In this document: positions 1-7,368 of the stretch, one piece after another
How the letters are laid out: the number at the start of each line of letters is the position of its first letter
Position numbering within the stretch: the first letter of the stretch is position 1
The notes under the pieces: model-generated
What the model was told of the DNA's origin: nothing
What the model saw: the letters and a program-made list of their open reading frames with translations, nothing else
Database searches by the model: none
Assembly (NCBI RefSeq): GCF_042660085.1
Contig: NZ_JBHSTI010000003.1
Location: 1 to 32,000 of the forward strand
Source of the DNA: Longivirga aurantiaca
GTDB taxonomy: Bacteria > Actinomycetota > Actinomycetes > S36-B12 > CAIYMF01
Length of the DNA stretch: 32,000 nucleotides
Reading direction: 5' to 3'
Made by a program: the position numbers and the translations under genes

Positions 1-26
1 CCTCGACCCGGACGACGAAACGCTGC

Positions 27-69
27 GCCGCCCGCCCTCCGACGTCCCTCCGACCGGAGGGCGGGCGGC
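27..69. terminator. Strong hairpin: 14-bp perfect stem (GCCGCCCGCCCTCC / GGAGGGCGGGCGGC), 15-nt loop; probable intergenic terminator
   Basis: Arms at 27-40 and 56-69 are exact reverse complements; no long ORF of convincing character spans it. Confidence 0.6.
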
Positions 70-430
70 CGACGCCTCAGGTCCGCGCGGGGATGAGCCC
101 CGAGCGGCCCGAGCCGTTCGTGAGGTCGACCGCATCGATGGTGAACGAGTGCTTGCCCTTGCCGAGGCCGGTCCGGCGGCGACGAGCCCCACCAGCGGGA
201 CGGCGACGGCGGCGGCGCCACTGACGGTGGATCGCTGCACGGTTCCTCCTTCCACGCAGGCTCCGTCGCCCGGCTCGTCGCGCGGTCCCCGAGCCCTGTG
301 GCTCTCCGCTGCGGCAGCCTGCGACGCCGACGGGGCAGCGCGGTACGGGACGAAGGTGCCGGTACCCGGGAACACGACGGCCGAGGATTGAGTTGACGGT
401 TCAACCACCGAGCCGACCGGAAGGCCCCCG

Positions 431-1216
431 ATGACCGAGCCCACGCACGTCGACTGGATCCGCGCCGCCCGCGCCTCGCACGAGCGCCTGTCCGGGATCG
501 CCGCCGGTCTCACCGAGGACCAGCTCGTCGCGCAGTCGTACGACACCGAGTGGACCGTGGCCCAGGTGCTCTCGCACATCGGCAGCGGCGCCGAGATCTT
601 CGGGCTCATGGCCCAGGCCTCGCTGGCGGGTGCCGACTCGCCCGGCAGCGAGCAGTTCCAGGCGGTCTGGGCGGTCTGGAACGCCAAGAGCCCCGTGGCG
701 ATGCGCGACGACGCGCTCGCGTCGAACACCGCGCTCGTCGAGCTGTTCGAGGCGATCACCCCCGAGCAGGCGGCCTCGGTGCAGATCTCGTTCGGCCCCT
801 TCTCCGTCGACATCGCCGGACTCGTCCGCATGCGGCTGAGCGAGCATGCGCTGCACACGTGGGACGTCGCGGTCTTCCTCGACCCCGCGGCCGCCGTCGC
901 CCAGGACGCCGCGGCCCTGCTGCTGCCGGGCCTCGGTCAGATGGCGGAGCGGGCGGGCAAGCCGGCCGACCCTGCGTTCTCGGTGCGGCTCGTGACCACC
1001 GACGGCCTCGGCGCCTGGGCGGTGCGGGCCGGCGCGACGGCGGAGTTCGGCGCGGCCGACGAGACGGCGTCGTACGACGGAGAGGTGTCCCTGCCCGGCG
1101 AGGCCCTGCTGCGCCTCATCGCGGGTCGGCTCGACGTCGACCACACACCTGCCGGCATCACCGAGTCCGGCGTGCGCGGGCTGGCCGACCTCCGCCGGGT
1201 CTTCCAGGGGCTCTAG
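431..1216 (+). CDS. Mycothiol-dependent maleylpyruvate isomerase family protein (DinB-like fold)
   Basis: 261-aa ORF; N-terminal WTVAQVLSHIGSGAE and internal SEHALHTWDV typical of MDMPI N-terminal domain proteins, with candidate metal-binding H and ExxxH. Confidence 0.8.
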   Translation: MTEPTHVDWIRAARASHERLSGIAAGLTEDQLVAQSYDTEWTVAQVLSHIGSGAEIFGLMAQASLAGADSPGSEQFQAVWAVWNAKSPVAMRDDALASNTALVELFEAITPEQAASVQISFGPFSVDIAGLVRMRLSEHALHTWDVAVFLDPAAAVAQDAAALLLPGLGQMAERAGKPADPAFSVRLVTTDGLGAWAVRAGATAEFGAADETASYDGEVSLPGEALLRLIAGRLDVDHTPAGITESGVRGLADLRRVFQGL

Positions 1217-1296
1217 CGCTCGAGCTGGATGCCTGTGCGTCACCTCTGGGGGCCTCCCAGGCATCCAGATCAGGAAGCCCCGGCTAGGTTCGCGGC

Positions 1297-2517
1297 GTGG
1301 GCGAGCAACGGGTTGTCGTGGTCGGGGCAGGTCTCGGCGGGCTGCGCGCGGCCGAGGCCCTGCGGGCGCAGGGGTACGCCGACGAGCTCGTGGTGGTCGG
1401 CGACGAGCCCTACGCGCCGTACAACCGGCCGCCCCTGTCGAAGGAGGCGCTGGCCGACGAGATCGCGCACGACCGGCTGGAGTTCCGCCGCCGGGCCAGC
1501 GTGGACGACGTGGTCTGGCGGCTCGGGGAGACCGTGACCTCGCTCGACCTCGACGGGCGGACGGTCGCGCTCGGCTCCGACACCCTCGCCTGGGACGCGC
1601 TCGTGCTCGCCACCGGCGTGAGCGCACGTCGTCTGCCCGTGCCGGGGCCGCCGGCGACCGCGGCCGCGGGCCGGCACGTGGTGCGCACCCTGGACGACGC
1701 CGTGGCGCTGCGCGAGGCGCTGCGCCCGGGCGCCCGCGTGGTGGTGCTCGGAGCGGGGTTCATCGGGTGCGAGGTGGCGGCGACAGCGATCGGCCTCGGC
1801 TGCCACGTCCGCGCGGTGGCGCTCGACCCCCTGCCGATGGTCCGCCCGCTCGGCCCGATGCTCGCCGCCGAGCTGCAGCGCCGGCACGAGGCGCACGGAG
1901 TGGTGTTCCACCTGGGCGTGGGGGTGGCGGAGATCGTCGGCGGCGACCGCGTGACCGGCGTCGTGCTGTCGGACGGCACCGCGCTCGAGGCGGACGTGCT
2001 GGTCGAGGCGCTCGGATCCCTCTGCAACGTCGGGCTGCTCGAGGGGAAGGGCTTCGACCTCTCCGACGGCGTGCTCGCCGACACCGCGCTGCGCCCGCTG
2101 CAGGACGGGGTGCCGCTCGACGGCGTGGCCGTCGTGGGCGACATCGCGCGGTTCCCGCACCACCGGTTCGCGGACGGCGCGCAGCGTGTGGAGCACTGGA
2201 GCGTGCCGACCGACACGGGCAAGCGGGCCGGTGCCGTGCTGTCGGCGTACCTCGCCGGGGAGGGCTACGACGCGGTCGTCGCGGCACCGTTCGACCTGCT
2301 GCCGTCGTTCTGGTCGGACCAGTACGACATCCGGATGCAGTCCTTCGGGATGCCCGGCCTCGCCGACCCGGACGGCATCCGCCTGCTCGAGGGCGACCTT
2401 GCCGCCGACTGCATCGTGGGCTACCACCGCGGCCACGACCTCGTGGGCGTCGTCGGCCTCGGGATGCTCCGCGAGCTCACGGCCTACCGCCCCCGGCTCG
2501 GCCGCACCCGCCCCTGA
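1297..2517 (+). CDS. FAD-dependent oxidoreductase, ferredoxin/rhodocoxin reductase type
   Basis: GAGLGGLRAAEALR FAD-binding motif, YNRPPLSKE, second Rossmann motif VVLGAGFIGCEVA, C-terminal GDIARFPH. Confidence 0.9.
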   Translation: MGEQRVVVVGAGLGGLRAAEALRAQGYADELVVVGDEPYAPYNRPPLSKEALADEIAHDRLEFRRRASVDDVVWRLGETVTSLDLDGRTVALGSDTLAWDALVLATGVSARRLPVPGPPATAAAGRHVVRTLDDAVALREALRPGARVVVLGAGFIGCEVAATAIGLGCHVRAVALDPLPMVRPLGPMLAAELQRRHEAHGVVFHLGVGVAEIVGGDRVTGVVLSDGTALEADVLVEALGSLCNVGLLEGKGFDLSDGVLADTALRPLQDGVPLDGVAVVGDIARFPHHRFADGAQRVEHWSVPTDTGKRAGAVLSAYLAGEGYDAVVAAPFDLLPSFWSDQYDIRMQSFGMPGLADPDGIRLLEGDLAADCIVGYHRGHDLVGVVGLGMLRELTAYRPRLGRTRP

Positions 2518-2541
2518 CGCTGCCGGATCCTGCGGGGACCC

Positions 2542-2570
2542 TTGACGGCTCGGCGACACCCCCCTAGTGT
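2542..2570 (+). promoter_or_regulatory. Candidate sigma-70-type promoter for the P450 operon (TTGACG-N17-TAGTGT)
   Basis: Hexamers at 2542-2547 and 2565-2570 with exactly 17-nt spacing, upstream of the P450 start. Confidence 0.5.
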
Positions 2571-2629
2571 CCCGTTCGGATCCAAACGATCTCCCAGCAC
2601 CGTCGCCGGACCCGACCCGAGGAGCCCTC

Positions 2630-3892
2630 ATGCAGCCGACCCCCGTGCCCCTGGACCAGGTCGACCTCGCCGATCTCGACGCGTTCGAGAGCAACCAGGC
2701 GTGGGGGATGTTCGACACGCTGCGGCGCGAGGCCCCCGTGCACTGGAACCCCGAGCACGACGGCGGCTCCGGCTTCTGGTCGGTCACGCGGTACGACGAC
2801 ATCGAGATGATCGACAAGGACCCCGAGACCTTCACCTCGATGAAGTTCACCAACCTCGAGGAGCCGCCGGAGGAGTTCCAGGAGCTCCGTCGCTCGATCC
2901 TCGAGACCGACGGCCCGCGGCACCTGTCGCTGCGCAAGCTCCTCATGCGCGACTTCAACCCCGCGCAGCTCCGCCGCTACGAGGACTTCCTTCGCGGCCT
3001 CGCCGCGCTCACCGTCGAGACGGCGCTGCAGCAGGAGGAGATGGACTTCGTCGACGCCATCGCCGCCGACTACCCGATCGCCGTCCTCGCCCGCCTGCTC
3101 GACACCCCCGAGGAGATGACGCCGCAGCTCATCTCGTGGGGCAACGAGATCGTCGGCTTCTCCGACCCCGAGTTCGCGCGCGTGCTGGTCAACAGCGAGG
3201 AGGCGGAGAAGTACCGCCACCTGCCGTTCAGCTCGCCGGTCTCGCAGGAGATCTTCGAGTACGGCCGCAAGCTCGCCGCCGAGCGCAAGGGCGGCGACGG
3301 CGAGGACCTCGTCAGCAAGCTCGTCAACCGCATCCCCGAGGACGGCATCCCGCTCTCGCCCGAGCACTTCGACAACTACTTCCTGCTGCTCGTGGTCGCC
3401 GGCAACGAGACCACGCGTCAGGCGATCAGCCACTCGATGAAGGCGCTGATCGACAACCCCGACCAGATGCAGTGGCTGCTCGACAACCCGGACAAGTACC
3501 CGCAGGCCATCGAGGAGCTGCTGCGCTGGGCCTCGCCGGTCTACCACTTCCGCCGTACGGCGACCAAGGACGTCGAGCTGCACGGGAAGACCATCAAGGA
3601 GGGCGACAAGGTCGTCATGTGGTTCGCCTCGGGCAACCGGGACGAGACCAAGTTCGACGACCCGTACCGCCTCGACCTCAGCCGATTCCCCAACGACCAC
3701 ATGACGTTCGGCAAGGGCCCGCACACCTGCATGGGCTCGAACCTCGCGCGCTTCGAGATGCGGATCATCTTCGAGACCCTGCTCCCGCGGCTCGTCTCGA
3801 TCACCCAGACCGGCGACATCCGTCGCGTGCGCAGCAACTTCGTGAACGGCATCAAGGGCTTCCCCGTCCGTATCGAGTCGAAGAAGGCCTGA
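2630..3892 (+). CDS. Cytochrome P450
   Basis: 420 aa from ATG at 2630 (GAGGA upstream); I-helix AGNETTR, ExxR EELLR, heme loop FGKGPHTCMG. Confidence 0.95.
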   Translation: MQPTPVPLDQVDLADLDAFESNQAWGMFDTLRREAPVHWNPEHDGGSGFWSVTRYDDIEMIDKDPETFTSMKFTNLEEPPEEFQELRRSILETDGPRHLSLRKLLMRDFNPAQLRRYEDFLRGLAALTVETALQQEEMDFVDAIAADYPIAVLARLLDTPEEMTPQLISWGNEIVGFSDPEFARVLVNSEEAEKYRHLPFSSPVSQEIFEYGRKLAAERKGGDGEDLVSKLVNRIPEDGIPLSPEHFDNYFLLLVVAGNETTRQAISHSMKALIDNPDQMQWLLDNPDKYPQAIEELLRWASPVYHFRRTATKDVELHGKTIKEGDKVVMWFASGNRDETKFDDPYRLDLSRFPNDHMTFGKGPHTCMGSNLARFEMRIIFETLLPRLVSITQTGDIRRVRSNFVNGIKGFPVRIESKKA

Positions 3893-3894
3893 GC

Positions 3895-4869
3895 ATGACG
3901 GGCACGAAGACGACCGTCCGCGAGTACGAGGGCGACATGCTCGTCGAGGCGGCCGACGTGGTCGCCGAGGACGTCGTGGCCCTCACGCTGGTCGACCCCG
4001 ACGGCGACCCCCTGCCGGCCTGGACGCCGGGCGCCCACGTCGACCTGATCATGGAGGGCGGCCTGGTCCGCCAGTACTCCCTCTGCAGCAGCCCTGGCGA
4101 CAGCCGCACGATCCGGCTGGGCATCCTGCGGGCGCCCGAGAGCCGGGGCGGTTCCGCCTACGTGCACGAGAAGCTCTCCGTCGGCTCGGTGGTGCGCGTC
4201 CGAGGGCCGCGCAACCACTTCCCGCTCGTGGCCTCGCCGCGCTACATCTTCATCGGCGGCGGCATCGGCATCACCCCGATTCTGCCGATGGTGGCCGAGG
4301 CGGAGGCTTCCGGCGCGGACTGGCACCTCTACTACGGCGGTCGCGCCCGGTCGTCGATGGGCTTCGTCGACGAGCTCGCGCAGTACGGCGGCAAGGTCAC
4401 GCTGGTGCCGCAGGACGAGGTCGGCATGCTCGACCTCGCCACCGTGCTCGGCGACCCGCGCGACGACACGCTCGTGTACGTCTGCGGCCCCGAGGGCCTG
4501 CTCTCCGCCGTCGAGGCGAAGTGCGGGGCCGACTGGCCGGCGGGGGCGCTGCACCTCGAGCGCTTCGCCGCCAAGGAGATCGAGGCCCCGGCCGAGGGTG
4601 AGCGCTCGTTCGAGCTCGAGCTCGCGGCCTCCGGGGTCACCCTCACGGTGCCGCCGGACAAGTCGATCTTCGACGTGATCCTCGACGCCGGCATCAGCGT
4701 GCTCGGCTCCTGCCACGAGGGCATCTGCGGCACCTGCGAGCAGATCGTGCTCGAGGGCGAGGTCGATCACCGCGACTCGGTGCTCAGCGCGTCCGAGCGC
4801 GCCGCGAACGACGCGATGATGGTCTGCGTCTCGCGCTGCACGTCCGACCGACTCGTGCTGGACCTGTAG
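3895..4869 (+). CDS. PDR/VanB family oxidoreductase (FMN/NAD reductase with C-terminal plant-type 2Fe-2S domain)
   Basis: ATG at 3895 inside the larger ORF; RQYSL flavin motif, GGGIGITPI nucleotide motif, C-terminal CHEGICGTC. Confidence 0.92.
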   Translation: MTGTKTTVREYEGDMLVEAADVVAEDVVALTLVDPDGDPLPAWTPGAHVDLIMEGGLVRQYSLCSSPGDSRTIRLGILRAPESRGGSAYVHEKLSVGSVVRVRGPRNHFPLVASPRYIFIGGGIGITPILPMVAEAEASGADWHLYYGGRARSSMGFVDELAQYGGKVTLVPQDEVGMLDLATVLGDPRDDTLVYVCGPEGLLSAVEAKCGADWPAGALHLERFAAKEIEAPAEGERSFELELAASGVTLTVPPDKSIFDVILDAGISVLGSCHEGICGTCEQIVLEGEVDHRDSVLSASERAANDAMMVCVSRCTSDRLVLDL

Positions 4870-4874
4870 AGGAG

Positions 4875-5936
4875 ATGACCATGAGCTCTCCGCGTCGCGC
4901 CTTCTCCGCCGCCTTCCCGTCCGACTGCTGGTACGCGCTCGCGCGCTCCGGCGACGTCGACCAGGAGCCGCTCGGCCTTCGGGCCCTGGGCCTTCCCGTC
5001 GTGCTCTTCCGCGCGGCCGACGGCAGCGCCGTCGCGCTCGAGGACCGCTGCGCCCACCGCGCCTACCCGCTGTCCGCCGGCGTCGTGGTGGACGGCGGCC
5101 TGCGCTGCGGGCTCTGCGGCTTCGTCTACGACGCCGACGGCCAGTGCGTCTCCGTGCCCACGCAGCCGCGCGTGCCGTTCGGCGCGAAGGTGGCGTCGTA
5201 CCCCGTCCAGGAGCGCGACGGCCTCGTGTGGGTCTGGCTCGGCGAGCCCGGCCGGGCGCGCCTGGCCCGCGTGCCGGAGCTGCCGTGGCTCGACGACGAG
5301 GCGTGGGCCGGCGTCGGCGGCTCGTCCGTCGTCGCGGCCGGCTACCTCCTGCTCCACGAGAACTTCGCGGACGTGACCCAGGTGCCGTTCGTCGCGCCGG
5401 AGATCGCGCCCAGCGTGATCGCCGTCGCGCCGCCGCTCGACGTCGTCGTCACCGAGACCACGGTGACCCTGCGCCGCGAGTTCGCGCCCGCGCCGCTGCC
5501 GGCCTGGCAGGCCGATCTGCTCGGTGCGGGCGACGCCGCCTTCGAGACGCTGCAGGAGGGCTACTTCCTCTCGCCGGCGGCGTGGGTCGACCGCTGGGAC
5601 GTGACGGGCGCCGATGGCACCACGGCACGCCTCCGCTTCACGCACCTGGTGACCCCGCTCGACGAGGGGCTGTCGCAGCTGCACTGGCAGGTGGACCGCG
5701 ACTTCGCCGTGGGCGACGACGGCGCGGACGACCTCATGCTCGAGATGTTCGGCGACTACTACGACCGCGTCCTGGTCGCGATGGAGACCGCCCAGGAGGT
5801 GCTCGACGTCGACGGCCCCGGCCCCGAGGTCAACGTGGCGGCCGACGTCGCCGCGCTCAAGGTCCGCGAGATCGTCCTCGCCATGCTCGCCACCGAGTCC
5901 CCCGCCGTCATCACCACCCGCCGAGCCCGCCTCTGA
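4875..5936 (+). CDS. Rieske oxygenase alpha-subunit homologue with non-canonical metal-ligand motifs
   Basis: 353 aa; Rieske-like region RCAHRAYPLSAGVVVDGGLRCGLCGFVYD (CxH-X16-CxxC) and degenerate NFADVTQVPFVA in place of NxxDxxHxxxxH. Confidence 0.8.
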   Translation: MTMSSPRRAFSAAFPSDCWYALARSGDVDQEPLGLRALGLPVVLFRAADGSAVALEDRCAHRAYPLSAGVVVDGGLRCGLCGFVYDADGQCVSVPTQPRVPFGAKVASYPVQERDGLVWVWLGEPGRARLARVPELPWLDDEAWAGVGGSSVVAAGYLLLHENFADVTQVPFVAPEIAPSVIAVAPPLDVVVTETTVTLRREFAPAPLPAWQADLLGAGDAAFETLQEGYFLSPAAWVDRWDVTGADGTTARLRFTHLVTPLDEGLSQLHWQVDRDFAVGDDGADDLMLEMFGDYYDRVLVAMETAQEVLDVDGPGPEVNVAADVAALKVREIVLAMLATESPAVITTRRARL

Positions 5937-5942
5937 CGTTCG

Positions 5943-6060
5943 CGATGAAGGCGACCGTCATCCAATAGAACCGAACAATCCCGGCCATCATCCAGCGTTC
6001 TGGATGAAGGCGACCTTCATCCAATAGAGCCGAACAATCCCGGCCATCATCAAACGATCC
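5943..6060 (+). repeat. Two tandem ~59-bp units of a dispersed repeat with GATGAAGG-N3-CC(T/G)TCATC hairpin and CCAATAGA-CCGAACAATCCCGGCCATCAT tail
   Basis: Mini-ORF-equivalent positions 5945-5968 and 6004-6027 are 59 bp apart and the units are near identical; related copies at 22927 and 23121. Confidence 0.85.
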
Positions 6061-6134
6061 GTGCTCCGCCGTACGGCGGCCACCGCAGCACCAGCCGCAG
6101 CACCGACCGACCGCAGCACCGACAAGGAGATCCC

Positions 6135-6935
6135 GTGTCCGAGCTCCAGGGGTTCGCCCCGCCGTACACCGTGAGCGGCCGCAGCGCGCTGATCCCGAAC
6201 CCGCCGTGGTTCTACAGCGGCGACCTGCTGACCGTGGAGTACCGCACCGACGTCGAGAAGGTCCGCGCGCTGCTGCCCGCGGACGTCGAGCTCGCGCCCG
6301 AGGACCCGGGCGCGGTCGCGTTCATCTGGGCCGACTGGCAGTCGTGCTCGACCGGCGGCGAGGAGCTGCTGGACCCGGCCCGGTCGCAGTACAAGGAGGC
6401 CTTCGCGGTCGTCCGCTGCCAGTTCGAGGGCGTCACCTACTCGCGCTGCGCGCTCATCTGGGTCACCACCGACTTCGCGATGGCCCGCGGCATCCACCAG
6501 GGCTACCCCAAGAAGCTCGGCTCGATCCACCAGACCCGGCCCATGCCGTACGGCGCCGGCGCCCCGAGGATCGAGGCGGGCGGCCGGTTCGGCGCCTCCG
6601 TCGCGGCGTACGACCACCGCCTGGCCCAGGCCGTGATCACCCTGACCGAGCCCAGCGACACCAACGGCTTCGTCAACGCCCTCCCGATGCTGCACCACCG
6701 CCAGGTGCGCCCGATCGAGCGCGGCGCCACCGGCTGGGCGCTCGACGAGGTGCTCACGATGAGCGGCGCGTCGTTCGAGCGCGGCCAGGCCTGGAAGGCC
6801 GACGCGACCCTCGAGCTCTTCGACTCCCCGTGGGACGACGTCGCCTCCACGCTGCCGGTGCGCGAGATCATCGGCGGCTACTACTGCCAGGTCGGCACGA
6901 GCTGGGACGGCGGCAGCACCCTCGCCCACCGCTGA
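6135..6935 (+). CDS. Acetoacetate decarboxylase (ADC) family protein
   Basis: 266 aa; PPWFYSGDLLTVEYRTD N-terminus and QGYPKKLGS motif typical of the ADC superfamily; RBS AAGGAG before GTG start. Confidence 0.85.
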   Translation: MSELQGFAPPYTVSGRSALIPNPPWFYSGDLLTVEYRTDVEKVRALLPADVELAPEDPGAVAFIWADWQSCSTGGEELLDPARSQYKEAFAVVRCQFEGVTYSRCALIWVTTDFAMARGIHQGYPKKLGSIHQTRPMPYGAGAPRIEAGGRFGASVAAYDHRLAQAVITLTEPSDTNGFVNALPMLHHRQVRPIERGATGWALDEVLTMSGASFERGQAWKADATLELFDSPWDDVASTLPVREIIGGYYCQVGTSWDGGSTLAHR

Positions 6936-6947
6936 CCCCCTGCACGA

Positions 6948-7004
6948 CGAGGTGCGCGAGGCCCACCGGACAGCGGACCTGTCCGGTGGGTGCCGAGCAC
7001 CTCG
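6948..7004. terminator. Nested hairpin between the ADC gene and the convergent small ORF
   Basis: Outer 8-bp stem CGAGGTGC/GCACCTCG and inner 12-bp perfect stem CCCACCGGACAG/CTGTCCGGTGGG with 5-nt loop. Confidence 0.65.
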
Positions 7005-7035
7005 CGCGGCGCTGGCGCGGACGGCGTCCGGCGGG

Positions 7036-7200
7036 CTACTCCCACGCGCGGGTGAGCGTCTGCGCGCTGCAGCGCTGGGCGATCGTGCCCACGGCGGCCC
7101 GGCGACGGCGCTCGCGCAGGGCGCGGAGCACGCGCTGACGGCGCTCGACGTCGTCCTGGGTGGCCTGGTCGGCGATCGGCGGGATCGTGTGGCTGCTCAT
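7036..7200 (-). CDS. Small hypothetical protein (54 aa)
   Basis: Strong SD AGGAGG just upstream of an ATG (MSSHTIPPIADQATQDDVERRQRVLRALRERRRR...); no recognised family. Confidence 0.45.
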   Translation of the reverse strand: MSSHTIPPIADQATQDDVERRQRVLRALRERRRRAAVGTIAQRCSAQTLTRAWE

Positions 7201-7368
7201 GGGGTCCTCCTGGGGCACGTCCGTTCTTCGTGCCCCGAGCCTTCCCGGACGGGCGGCAGGGGGCCTGAGTAGTCACTACCCAGATCCGGCGCCACCCATG
7301 CGAGTGACCCCGCGCGGAGTCCGCGACCCCCTACCCTGGCGTCCGGGCGGAGCACGGGGAGGGCGCGG

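Noticed and set aside
92-240. Possible small secreted-protein gene or remnant on the minus strand (VQRSTVSGAAAVAVPLVGLVAAGPASA then, in another frame, GLGKGKHSFTIDAVDLTNGSGRSGLIPART*)
   Set aside because: Requires a frameshift to join a signal-peptide-like start with a protein-like end and has no recognised family; too weak to call, though worth a frame check in raw reads.
5945-5968. Functional micropeptide MKATVIQ
   Set aside because: As a feature call it is unsupported: no convincing SD, and most of the codons lie inside a hairpin stem that explains conservation; kept only as a hypothesis in findings.
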